Origin: a bacterium
Lineage (GTDB): Bacteria > Krumholzibacteriota > Krumholzibacteriia > G020349025
Assembly: GCA_031362565.1 (NCBI GenBank)
Contig: JANLSU010000018.1
Coordinates: forward strand, 1 to 64,000
Direction of reading: 5' to 3'
DNA length: 64,000 bases
Positions 49,204-58,542 of this stretch are shown piece by piece. Below the pieces are notes generated by a model. The model saw only the letters and a program-made list of their open reading frames with translations. It was not told where the DNA came from and ran no database searches. The position numbers and the translations under genes were made by a program. Every line of letters starts with the position of its first letter. Positions within the stretch are counted from its first letter, which is position 1.

Positions 49204-49746
49204 ATGGTCCACGTGTTGGACAATCTCAAAGCCCAAGCCCGTATTCTGCATCGCGAGGCCGCCACGCACCAACCGGCGGCACTCGCCCGGCTGAGAGCGT
49301 TGCCGGAACTGCGTGACATCGACGCCGCTGAATTGCCGGCAGTGATTCAACGCCGCCACTGCCTTGCCGCGATCGCCCGTGAGTTGGGTTTCGACGGCTG
49401 GCCGCATGCGGTTGCGGTGCTCGCGGGACATCCGGTGACGGACTTTGGAACGCTGCTCTATCCGCCGGGCGGTAGCCGGCACACGAACATCTGGTTCGCG
49501 TCGTACGAAAAAGCGCGCACGGTCCGCGTCCAGAACGACGGCTACCTGCTGGCCTACAAGCACCAGTTCTTGGTGACCGACGGCTATTTCATCACCACGC
49601 TCGGACTCGATCCGGAGGATCCGGACTGGGCGGAGATGGGGCGGGATTGGGTGCGGCCGGCGGTTCCGGCGGCGCGTGACCGGCTCTATGCGCGGCTCGT
49701 CCTGTTACGGCAGGAGCAACTCGGCGCGGTGCAAGCTCGCGCCTGA
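49204..49746 (+). CDS. Hypothetical protein with LKxQARxL...IARELGFxxW N-terminal helical motif
   Basis: GGAGG RBS before ATG; N-terminus resembles the short helical module seen on glyoxalase-superfamily and ankyrin proteins. Confidence 0.7.
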   Translation: MVHVLDNLKAQARILHREAATHQPAALARLRALPELRDIDAAELPAVIQRRHCLAAIARELGFDGWPHAVAVLAGHPVTDFGTLLYPPGGSRHTNIWFASYEKARTVRVQNDGYLLAYKHQFLVTDGYFITTLGLDPEDPDWAEMGRDWVRPAVPAARDRLYARLVLLRQEQLGAVQARA

Positions 49747-49754
49747 GCGTTGTT

Positions 49755-50972
49755 TCACCGCAGCACGGGCCGAGTGGTGAAGGCGCCATTTGCGCCCCAG
49801 ATCATGCTCTTCAGCCGCAATTCGCGCCGGTGGAGCGGATGATCGCCCGACTCTTGTTCGGCGATGCTCTGGGACATGATCCATGTCTGGGGGTCGGGCT
49901 GCACAATCTCGATCGCATTGACGCCGGGGTCGGGTGTGTAGCCACGGTAAATCCAGTTCAGGCTTCCCATCGGGTCGGCGGTGAGCGACGTGGACGTCGC
50001 GTACTGCACCATCGTGCGCGGATGATCGACCGCGCAACTGTCTTGCGGGTCTTGCCAATCGGTGAACAGGAGGTCGTACGTTCCATCGTGCAAGACGACG
50101 AACGGGTTCTCGGCTTGGCCACCGGTTGTTTGTCCGCCGGAGCCCGTTGCCAAACGACGCGTGGCATTGATGAATCCGGCACCGGTCCACGTCGTGAGGT
50201 TCGTGGAGTAGGCGACGGTGACGACACCATAGCCGTTGGTACTCTTCGTCGTCGCGAAGAGCACCCACCGTCGATTGGCATCGTCCCAGAGCACGAAGGC
50301 ATCCCGGCACTGCTGGTTGTACGAACCGGGCGCTCGAACCGTCGTCGTCCAAGATTCCGCACACTCGTAGACGCAACCGCTGCCGGTTGTCCCGGGGCAG
50401 TTGTTGACGGCGACGCGCGTCCAATGCACGAGGTCCTGCGACGTCGCCACCCCAAGCCGTTGAATGTTGTTCGGGTTGTTGGGGCCGGTTGTTCCCGTAT
50501 AAAACATGAAGTAGGTCGACCCATCCTGCACGATATACGGCGCCCAGAGCGCGTAGGAGTCCCAGCCGCTGGGATCGGGCTGCAGCGCGACGCCGACGTA
50601 CACGAGACTGCGGAAATCCGTCGACGTGTAGTGCTCGATGGCACTGCCCGTGGCCCGGCCCTCGTTCTGGAAAAACAGATGGTAGAGGCCGCTCCCGTCC
50701 CGAATCCACGCGTGGTCGGCGATGTCGTCGTCCTCGTCGTTGATTGGCGGGAAGTGCTCGTCGCGCGGATTGCCGTCCCCGTCGTCGTCGTCGATTTTGG
50801 AATGCAGGAACACTTGGGCGGCACTCGGCCGGCACGGCGCCGGTCCGCCGCCGCCGAGCGGTTGATCCCCGGCACAGCTCGAATGGACCAGAGTCGCGGC
50901 CAAGGCGCCGAAGATGAGCCCACGAGCGTCGAGGGTGAGACCGAAAGGGCGTGACCCGAACCCGGAACCCAT
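49755..50972 (-). CDS. Five-bladed beta-propeller glycoside hydrolase-like protein (GH32/43 clan)
   Basis: DHAW..YHLF, WAPY, YFMFYTG, S.DLVHW, RDAFV, ENPFV; RBS before ATG 50972. Confidence 0.7.
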   Translation of the reverse strand: MGSGFGSRPFGLTLDARGLIFGALAATLVHSSCAGDQPLGGGGPAPCRPSAAQVFLHSKIDDDDGDGNPRDEHFPPINDEDDDIADHAWIRDGSGLYHLFFQNEGRATGSAIEHYTSTDFRSLVYVGVALQPDPSGWDSYALWAPYIVQDGSTYFMFYTGTTGPNNPNNIQRLGVATSQDLVHWTRVAVNNCPGTTGSGCVYECAESWTTTVRAPGSYNQQCRDAFVLWDDANRRWVLFATTKSTNGYGVVTVAYSTNLTTWTGAGFINATRRLATGSGGQTTGGQAENPFVVLHDGTYDLLFTDWQDPQDSCAVDHPRTMVQYATSTSLTADPMGSLNWIYRGYTPDPGVNAIEIVQPDPQTWIMSQSIAEQESGDHPLHRRELRLKSMIWGANGAFTTRPVLR

Positions 50973-51090
50973 GCCGCGCCTCCACGCGCTACGGGCAGGC
51001 TTGGAGGATCGTACGAGGTAAGGCAACCAGAGGCAAGGCGGCAAAGCCGTCATCGCTGGCGCCGCTCCTTGATGCTATAGTGTTACACGC

Positions 51091-52737
51091 ATGATTTCCT
51101 TCAACTCCATCAGCAAGCAGTACGGACGCCAGGTTCTCTTCGTCGAAGCCACGTTCCAACTGAACCCGGGCGAGAAGGCCGGGCTCGTGGGGCCGAACGG
51201 CGCCGGCAAGACGACTCTCTTCCGCATGATCGTCGGCGAAGAATCGCCCGACGAAGGCGATGTCAGTCTCCCGAAGCGCGTCTCGATCGGTTATTTCCGG
51301 CAGGACATCGGTGAAATGTCGGGCCGGAGCGTGCTCGACGAAGCCATCGCCGGCAGCGGCCGGCTGGGCGACTTGCACCATGAGCTGGCCGACTTGGAGC
51401 ACGCCCTCGGCGATCCCGAGCAGGCCGACAACATGGAGAAGTTGCTCGGGCGTTTTGGCGAGGTGCAGGACGCTTACCAGCAGGGCGGCGGCTACGATTT
51501 GGAAGCGCGGGCTCGCGAGGTGCTGCACGGGCTCGGATTCGAGGACGCGGTCGTCGATGGCGACGTCGGCGCCCTGTCGGGCGGCTGGAAGATGCGGGTC
51601 GGATTGGCACGCGTCCTCTTGGGGCGCCCGGACGTGTTGCTCATGGACGAGCCCACGAACCACCTCGATATCGAGTCCATCTTGTGGCTCGAGCGCTTCA
51701 TCCGCGACTACCCGGGTGCGGTGTTCATGACGTGCCACGACAAGGACTTCATGGACCGGGTCGTGAGCCGCATCGTCGAAATCGACGGCGGCGAACTGGT
51801 GAGCTACACCGGCAACTACGAATACTACGTCCGCGAGCGCGCGCTGGCGGAAACCAACCGCGAAGCCGCGTACGCGCGCCAACAAGCAATGCTCGCCAAG
51901 GAGAAACGCTTCATCGAGCGTTTCGCCGCCCACGCGGCCAAGGCGGCGCAGGTGCAGAGCCGGGTCAAAAAGCTCGACAAGATCGAGATGGTCGAGCTGC
52001 CGCGCCGCCGCAAGGTGGTGCGATTCGATTTTCGCCAGCCGCCGCGTTCGGGCGACGACGTCGTGTCGCTGGAAGGCGTCGCCAAGGGCTATGGCGGCCG
52101 GGTCATCTACGATGGCTTCGACATGCGAATCCATCGCGGCGAGCGCTGGTGCGTGATGGGCCGGAACGGCGCCGGCAAGACGACGTTGCTCAAGATCGTC
52201 GCCGGAACCCTCGAGCCGGATCGCGGCACTGTCAAGCTGGGCGCCAATCTCAAGGTCGGATACTTCGCGCAGCAGTCGCTCGATCTGCTCGACCCGGCGC
52301 TCAATGTGTTCGAGCAGATGCAGCGCGACTTCCCCAAGGAAGGCCAAGGCGCGCTGCGCACATTGCTCGGCGCTTTTCAGTTCTCGGGCACCGACATCGA
52401 CAAGCCGGTGCGGGTGCTTTCCGGTGGCGAGAAATCACGCCTCGTTCTGGCCCGCATGCTCTTCGATCCGCCCAACTTCCTGATCCTGGACGAGCCGACC
52501 AACCATCTCGACTTGGAAACCAAGGAGATGCTGGTGTCCGCGCTTCGGAACTTCGAAGGCACGATGCTCTTCGTGTCGCACGACCGCACGTTCCTCCGGG
52601 GCCTGAGCAACCGCGTTCTGGAACTGCGCCCCGGCGACGGCAACGGCATCCCGGCGCAGCCGCCGTTGCAATACTCGGGCAGCTACATCGAATTCGTCGA
52701 GCGCACCGGCCAGGAAGCGGCCGGCGTCCACAACTGA
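51091..52737 (+). CDS. ABC-F family ATPase
   Basis: Two NBDs (GPNGAGKTT and GRNGAGKTT; LSGG; DEPTNHLD twice), no TM. Confidence 0.93.
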   Translation: MISFNSISKQYGRQVLFVEATFQLNPGEKAGLVGPNGAGKTTLFRMIVGEESPDEGDVSLPKRVSIGYFRQDIGEMSGRSVLDEAIAGSGRLGDLHHELADLEHALGDPEQADNMEKLLGRFGEVQDAYQQGGGYDLEARAREVLHGLGFEDAVVDGDVGALSGGWKMRVGLARVLLGRPDVLLMDEPTNHLDIESILWLERFIRDYPGAVFMTCHDKDFMDRVVSRIVEIDGGELVSYTGNYEYYVRERALAETNREAAYARQQAMLAKEKRFIERFAAHAAKAAQVQSRVKKLDKIEMVELPRRRKVVRFDFRQPPRSGDDVVSLEGVAKGYGGRVIYDGFDMRIHRGERWCVMGRNGAGKTTLLKIVAGTLEPDRGTVKLGANLKVGYFAQQSLDLLDPALNVFEQMQRDFPKEGQGALRTLLGAFQFSGTDIDKPVRVLSGGEKSRLVLARMLFDPPNFLILDEPTNHLDLETKEMLVSALRNFEGTMLFVSHDRTFLRGLSNRVLELRPGDGNGIPAQPPLQYSGSYIEFVERTGQEAAGVHN

Positions 52738-52779
52738 ACAACGCCTGCCGCGTTGCACGGCCTGGCCCGCGAACCAAGA

Positions 52780-55700
52780 TCACAACCGGAACAGGGCGTT
52801 CTTACGCCGTAGTTGGAGGACCTTGGCGTCGGGGTCTGCGACGACGAGTTGTGGCTCGAACGGGCATTCGAGTTTGAACTCCGCCGACTGGCCGGCCGCA
52901 GGCGTCACCGTGGTCCGCTGTTCGCTGTAGTCCTTCGTGACTGCGGCGGGGCCCTGCTTGGCTTGGTCGGGTGTTTGTTTTTCGAATCGCTCGCCGCGCG
53001 TGGCGGCGACCTCGACCGGCATCGTGCCGGTGCCCTGGTTCTTGACGGTCCCGGTCACGGTCCAGTGATCGCCGTCTTGAGTTTTCTTGACTGCCTGGAA
53101 TTCATACTCGGGCACGACCACCGTGAAGAACCACTGTTTCGTGAAGGCATCGTAGGCCGTCGAGTCGGGCGCAAAGGGCCGCAATTCCTCCACGAAATCC
53201 TGCAGGAGCGCGTGATCGGGGTTCGCGAGGCGGTTCTTCAGGAACGCCTGGATTCCGGCGAGATTGTGATCCCGTCCCATGACGTTTTGCAGCATCCAAA
53301 ACACCCAGCCGCCCTTGTCGTACATGACGGTCGTGTCGCCGGTCTTGCTGCCGTCGATCTTGACGAGCGGGCGCTCGGCGTCGACGTTGCGATTCTCGCC
53401 GTAGCGTTCCTCGATCCGTTTGGCGAACTCGGTGCGGCCTTGCAGGCCGTTCATTTGCTCGTCCAACATCAAGGTCGAAAAGTGCGCCATGCCCTCGCTC
53501 AAGATGTCGCCGCCCGGTGCATCACCCGGGACGAGCAGATTGCCCCACCATTGGTGCGCCGCTTCGTGTGCCGTGACCATGAAGGCCGTTCGCGCTCGCG
53601 GGTCCGACAGCGTCAAGAAACCAATGCCCTCCGAGAACGTAATGTCGGTCGCGAAACCCTGGGCATAGCTCGCCAGGTTCGCGAACTCGCTCAATTTGAG
53701 CTCGTTCCAGGGGTAGGGATAGAACCACTCGGAGTAGTACCGGCGAGCGGCATCCAGCGCGTGGCTCATCTCGTCGATGTTGTAGGTGTGGCCCGGGTGG
53801 TAGTAGATCGCCGTCCCTGTACCCCGTTTGACGGCCCACTTCCCCGCTACGATATTGAAGAGCGCCACCGGATGATCGCTGACCCATTCCGCGTGCCGTT
53901 CATCGCCTTCCACATGCTCGTCGACGAGCGTGCCGACGGAGTTGTAGGTGTATTCCTTGGGTCCGTGCAGCCGGATGTGCGTCGTGAAGGGCGTCCGCGT
54001 ATTGAACGACGCCTTCACCATCCCCTTGTAGTAGTCGTCCGGGTAAACGCGCGGCTCGAACTGGTTCTCCTTCGGCTCGACGCCGATCGCTTCCAGGTAC
54101 CCCACGACCGGCGCCAAGACCGGCGCGAAACCCGTCAACACGGCACCCGACGGCTCGATGAATTCCATCATGCCGCCGCCGTTCCGGGTGATGCCGTCGG
54201 GGAACTTCGTTGCGTAGTCGAAGCTGATCGCCAGGCTGTCGCCCTGGGCGAGAGCGAGAGCCGGCGTGAACACGAACAGGTTGGTGCGGTTTTCCGGCGT
54301 ATAGTCCGCGCCCGCCATCTTCCACTTGACGTCGCGAATATGCGTCGCGAGTGTCAGCGCGATCTTGCGGAGCGGCGCCGCGTCGATATTGACGAACGTG
54401 AAGGTTCCTGTCGAGTGAATGGCGTGGCGGCGCGGCTGCAAGCCGACGTCGAGTTCGAGATGCGCGATGGCCGGCACCGGTGCCTCGCGCCACGTCCCCA
54501 GGTTCTGCTTCCAGTAGTCGCGGTCACGATGCTTGGCGGCCCGGGACTGGAACCCGTTCGAGACCTGCATCCCCAACAAGATGGCGAGCGCGATGATGGG
54601 CAGTGCATAGGGCAAAAGGCGCAGCGAACTCCGCAACATCCGCGCGGGCGCCAGCCGGTGCAGGATGCGCGTCGCATCGAACTCGCGCCTGGCAAAGAGC
54701 CGCACCGTGAGCGCGATCCAGAAGACCGACCCCAAGAGCGCCAGCACCCGGTTCAGAACGAGCGGCCAGCCGTTCGGCTCGAGGAGTCCCATGTCGCTCC
54801 AACGAATCGTGCTCCACAGGTCCCAGTTCCACACCCAGTTCATCTTGTCGCGGCTTTGCAGAAGCCCCGTCACGATGAGTGCTGCAAGCGCCAAGGCGTA
54901 CGTGCCATAGCGATTCCGGATCACGGCCATGAGCGCCATCACGAATGACGACCAGAGCAAGAACGTCGGTACGAGGAGCAAGCCCCAGACAATGAGGAAT
55001 GGCCGCAAGTCCATGCTCGCCTGGTGCTGCGCGAGCTGAATGATGGCGCCACCCAGCCAGGCGGCAAGCAGGATAACGACCGCCACCGCGCAGTTCGCGA
55101 CCGCCTTGCCGAGCAACATCGCTCCGGTGCGCGTCGACGTGCTGGCATAGATGGGATATAAACCGGTCGCATGCTCACGATCGAACGACTCGACGGTGTA
55201 GAAAAGCAGCAGCAGGACGATCGTCAGCGTCAGTGTATCGAACGTCAGCGACGTGAACAGCCCGGGGGTGACAAGGAGCCGGGTGCCCCAAGGCCCCGTC
55301 GCAAAATATCCAGCCTGGATGGCCTGCAACAGGATGAGTGGGATGAAGAGATAGAGGCCGGGTGAACTTGCCAAGTTGCGCAGCTCGAAGCGCGCAATGG
55401 TCCACGCCTCGCGTACGAGCCCCTGCGGTAAGCGGCGCATAGCGAGGGCCGCAAGCGTCCGGCCGCCGGATTCGAAACCACCGTCAGCGTCCGTTGCGGC
55501 TGCGGAGACCGGCGATGCGACGGCGCGGCGAGCGCGGCGCCGCCCGCGGGCGCTCACTTGTCCCCGCACGCTGCGTCCGAAGTGGCGTGCACTCCACTCC
55601 ACGGCACCGAGTCCAGCCAAGACGAACAGGGCGCGGCTCAGTAGAAACGGCGCGTCGTACGCGACCGCACGCGTGTTGTAGTACTCGACGCCACGGTCCA

Positions 55701-56418
55701 CCTTGAGAAGTGTCTCGCTCAGCCAACGAAAGCCCGCCGGCTCGATCCACATGAGCAACCGGTTGATGCGCGGGTCGAGCCAGGGCGGCGCCCAGCTCCA
55801 CAGGAAAAAGGCCGAGAACAGCAGCATGGCCACCGGCAGGAGAAAGACAAGGATCGGCCGGCGGGTGCGTTCGCCGAGCAGGAACGTCAAACCCGCCAGA
55901 AAGACGAGCTGCGGCCCGACGATGACGAGCACCGGCTTGAAGTAGCTGAGGAGCGCAAAGGGTCCGCGCAGTTTGTCGGCGTTATCGTATGGAAGCAAGT
56001 GATAGACGATCATCATCCAGAGGACCTGCACGGCGACGACCACTGCAAAGCTCGCAAGAATTCCCGCAAACTTGCCCCACACGTACTCGTGCGGGCGCAG
56101 CCCGGTCGAGTGCAGGATCTCGCCGACCTTGAGATCTTCGTCGCGCGGCACGCTCATGCCGGACGCGACGGCCACGAAGAACGTGTAGAAGAGGAAGTTG
56201 ACGACACAGAGCGTGAGTGTGATGGAGTGCTCGGAGGTCACATAGGCACGCTTGCCGCCCACCGACTGATCGCCGGTGCTGATGCGGACATTGCCACTCG
56301 TGAGCCCGTAGGTCGTGAAGCCGAGCAGGAGAACGAGCACGATCAGCAACGGGCGGCGAATGTGGAAGCCGAATTCGAGCGCGCCGATCTGCGCGGCGCG
56401 ACGCAACGCGCGGTTCAC
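52780..56418 (-). CDS. ABC-2 permease fused to M1 aminopeptidase
   Basis: Two permease modules, then YAQGF, AHEAAHQWWGN, LSEGMA, YDKG; GTG start overlaps the ATPase stop. Confidence 0.87.
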   Translation of the reverse strand: MNRALRRAAQIGALEFGFHIRRPLLIVLVLLLGFTTYGLTSGNVRISTGDQSVGGKRAYVTSEHSITLTLCVVNFLFYTFFVAVASGMSVPRDEDLKVGEILHSTGLRPHEYVWGKFAGILASFAVVVAVQVLWMMIVYHLLPYDNADKLRGPFALLSYFKPVLVIVGPQLVFLAGLTFLLGERTRRPILVFLLPVAMLLFSAFFLWSWAPPWLDPRINRLLMWIEPAGFRWLSETLLKVDRGVEYYNTRAVAYDAPFLLSRALFVLAGLGAVEWSARHFGRSVRGQVSARGRRRARRAVASPVSAAATDADGGFESGGRTLAALAMRRLPQGLVREAWTIARFELRNLASSPGLYLFIPLILLQAIQAGYFATGPWGTRLLVTPGLFTSLTFDTLTLTIVLLLLFYTVESFDREHATGLYPIYASTSTRTGAMLLGKAVANCAVAVVILLAAWLGGAIIQLAQHQASMDLRPFLIVWGLLLVPTFLLWSSFVMALMAVIRNRYGTYALALAALIVTGLLQSRDKMNWVWNWDLWSTIRWSDMGLLEPNGWPLVLNRVLALLGSVFWIALTVRLFARREFDATRILHRLAPARMLRSSLRLLPYALPIIALAILLGMQVSNGFQSRAAKHRDRDYWKQNLGTWREAPVPAIAHLELDVGLQPRRHAIHSTGTFTFVNIDAAPLRKIALTLATHIRDVKWKMAGADYTPENRTNLFVFTPALALAQGDSLAISFDYATKFPDGITRNGGGMMEFIEPSGAVLTGFAPVLAPVVGYLEAIGVEPKENQFEPRVYPDDYYKGMVKASFNTRTPFTTHIRLHGPKEYTYNSVGTLVDEHVEGDERHAEWVSDHPVALFNIVAGKWAVKRGTGTAIYYHPGHTYNIDEMSHALDAARRYYSEWFYPYPWNELKLSEFANLASYAQGFATDITFSEGIGFLTLSDPRARTAFMVTAHEAAHQWWGNLLVPGDAPGGDILSEGMAHFSTLMLDEQMNGLQGRTEFAKRIEERYGENRNVDAERPLVKIDGSKTGDTTVMYDKGGWVFWMLQNVMGRDHNLAGIQAFLKNRLANPDHALLQDFVEELRPFAPDSTAYDAFTKQWFFTVVVPEYEFQAVKKTQDGDHWTVTGTVKNQGTGTMPVEVAATRGERFEKQTPDQAKQGPAAVTKDYSEQRTTVTPAAGQSAEFKLECPFEPQLVVADPDAKVLQLRRKNALFRL

Positions 56419-57320
56419 TGGGCTTGTCCACCCGCGGCAGTGCTCTGCTCGCGGGCGTTCTGCATGAGGACCATATAGACATCCTCGAGAGTCGGCGCCA
56501 CGGCCTCGAATCCCGGGCGCACCGTGCCCGGCAGAGCGCGAATCCGGACGCGGCTCCGGCCCTCGACCAGAATCGCCTGGGTCACTTGTCCCGCGTCGCG
56601 CAACTGGCGCAGTTCGTCGTCGCTGACCGAGCCCTCGAAGATGGTGCCGCGGAGTGCCCCGCGCGCTTCGGACGGCGTCATCGAAGCCACCAGCCGGCCG
56701 TTCCGAATCACCGCGAAGCGCGGGCAAAGGACCGCCACGTCCTCGACGATGTGCGTCGAGAGCACCACGGTGCGATCCTGCGCCAACTCGGTGAGCAGCC
56801 GGTAGAAGCGCAATCGTTCCTCGGGGTCGAGCCCCGCCGTCGGCTCGTCGACGATGAGCAACGCCGGGTCGCCGGCGATCGCCTGCGCGATCCCGAGCCG
56901 TTGGCGCATGCCGCCCGAGTAGCCCTTCACTTTGCGTTTGGCCGCGAAGGTCAGATTGACGCGCTCCAGCAACTCGGCCGTCAGACACTTCAAGCCCTGC
57001 GGCGCATCGATGCCCTTCAAGCGCAGCAAGTATTCGAGCATGGCTTCGCCGGAGAGATGCGGATAAAAGCCGAAATCCTGCGGCAAGTAACCCAGGCGCG
57101 ACCAAATGCGCTCCGGCTGCGACAGAACTTCCTCGCCATCCCAAGTCACCGTGCCCGACGTCGGCTCGAGGAGTCCCGCCAGGATTTTCATGAACGTCGA
57201 TTTGCCGGCGCCGTTCGGTCCCAAGAGCCCGAACATGCCGACCGGGATGTCCAAATCGATGCCCTGCAGTGCCGAAACCGGCCCCGGGTAGATCTTCACC
57301 AGACTGCGAATTTCGAGCAT
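56415..57320 (-). CDS. ABC transporter ATP-binding protein
   Basis: GPNGAGKST, YSGGMRQR, VDEPTAGLDPEER. Confidence 0.92.
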   Translation of the reverse strand: MLEIRSLVKIYPGPVSALQGIDLDIPVGMFGLLGPNGAGKSTFMKILAGLLEPTSGTVTWDGEEVLSQPERIWSRLGYLPQDFGFYPHLSGEAMLEYLLRLKGIDAPQGLKCLTAELLERVNLTFAAKRKVKGYSGGMRQRLGIAQAIAGDPALLIVDEPTAGLDPEERLRFYRLLTELAQDRTVVLSTHIVEDVAVLCPRFAVIRNGRLVASMTPSEARGALRGTIFEGSVSDDELRQLRDAGQVTQAILVEGRSRVRIRALPGTVRPGFEAVAPTLEDVYMVLMQNAREQSTAAGGQAQ

Positions 57321-57363
57321 CGAAAGGGCCTCCTGGCGCCTGCCACCCATCGCCGGTCAATGA

Positions 57364-57987
57364 TCAGGGACGGGGCAATTCCCGGGCGTTCCGGTACTGC
57401 CGGATGCTCCAGAGCGCGAAACGTGTGGTCGAAACGAAAAGGCCATAGCCGAGGAAAAGGCCGATCGGAATGATCCACCAGCCGAGGATTTCCTTGCCGG
57501 CCGGCGTCGATGAGTCCATGCCGAGATCGATACTGAGACTCAGGCCGCCGCTGCGCTCCGTGGATTGCCAAACGCCCGTCGTGTGCGGATGGAAGGGTTT
57601 CAACACCGCGCACAACACGAGGATTATCGCCATTCCGTAACCGAACAAAGCACCGAGGCAGACAAAGAAGCCGCCGGCACTCAAGCCCGCCCACCGAAAC
57701 AGGGTTTCCATGAGAACGATCGGCGAACGGCTGACCTGCGCTCGCGCCATCAACTCTTCGGTCGTGTACTGGCCGGCGAGCGACTCCGGACTGCCGAGGC
57801 CTTTGATTGCGGCGTCGACACCGGCGGCGGTTGCTTCGCCGCCATCGGCGGCGGCGCGATCGAGAATGTGACTGCGCAGCTCAGCGATGATTTCGTCCGC
57901 GTCGTCGCTCGCCATGCCGCGCAGCCCTTTGCGGACGCGCTTCAAGTAGGCGTCGATTCTCTTTTGCGACTCACTCGAGATGGTCAT
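57364..57987 (-). CDS. DUF1700/HAAS-like membrane protein
   Basis: YL..V...L...EI..EL..HI...LGSP..LA, then TMs; follows padR. Confidence 0.75.
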   Translation of the reverse strand: MTISSESQKRIDAYLKRVRKGLRGMASDDADEIIAELRSHILDRAAADGGEATAAGVDAAIKGLGSPESLAGQYTTEELMARAQVSRSPIVLMETLFRWAGLSAGGFFVCLGALFGYGMAIILVLCAVLKPFHPHTTGVWQSTERSGGLSLSIDLGMDSSTPAGKEILGWWIIPIGLFLGYGLFVSTTRFALWSIRQYRNARELPRP

Positions 57988-58361
57988 CGCGCGGTCCCTT
58001 TTCCGAGTGGCACGAGCAGGCGGCCGAGGCCGGCCGAGAATCGCGACCAGATCTGCGCCATCTCGATGGCGCGTTCGCGGCCGGACGGCGTGAGCAGGTA
58101 ATACTTGCGCGGATGTCCGGCATCGGATTCGACCCACTTCGATTCGACCAAGCCAAGCGATTTGAGACGGCTCAAGAGCGGATAAACGGTGCCTTCCGAC
58201 ACGATCAGTTCCGAGTCGCTCGCCAGCCGCCGCAGAATCTCCAAACCGTAGAGTTCGCCGCCCCAGAGCGACGCCAAGATGGCCAACTCGAGGCAGCCCT
58301 TACGGAGCTGAACCTCCCACTTGTCCGGCGGCTCTCGATCGGCATTTGGCGTCGGCTTCAT
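57984..58361 (-). CDS. PadR-family transcriptional regulator
   Basis: QLRKG.LE, YGLEI, EGTVYPLLSRL, RKYY.LT..G. Confidence 0.92.
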   Translation of the reverse strand: MKPTPNADREPPDKWEVQLRKGCLELAILASLWGGELYGLEILRRLASDSELIVSEGTVYPLLSRLKSLGLVESKWVESDAGHPRKYYLLTPSGRERAIEMAQIWSRFSAGLGRLLVPLGKGTAR

Positions 58362-58365
58362 CTTG

Positions 58366-58386
58366 ATACCTTGTACTGCAAGGTAT
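58366..58386. promoter_or_regulatory. Palindromic operator, likely PadR autoregulatory
   Basis: ATACCTTG-TACTG-CAAGGTAT between minus-strand TTGACA (58392-58397) and the padR ATG. Confidence 0.75.
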
Positions 58387-58542
58387 ACGGTTGTCAACAG
58401 CTCCAGGTTTCAGGCGTTTTTGGGGGGACCCGAAGCCCCTCGACGGCCGCCCACAATCCAGCCAGGGCTGGGCGCCGTAAGTCCTTCACGCGCCCCTGAC
58501 TTGTCGCCGTGGACGGCATCAGCGTGGAAGGGATCCCTCGCA

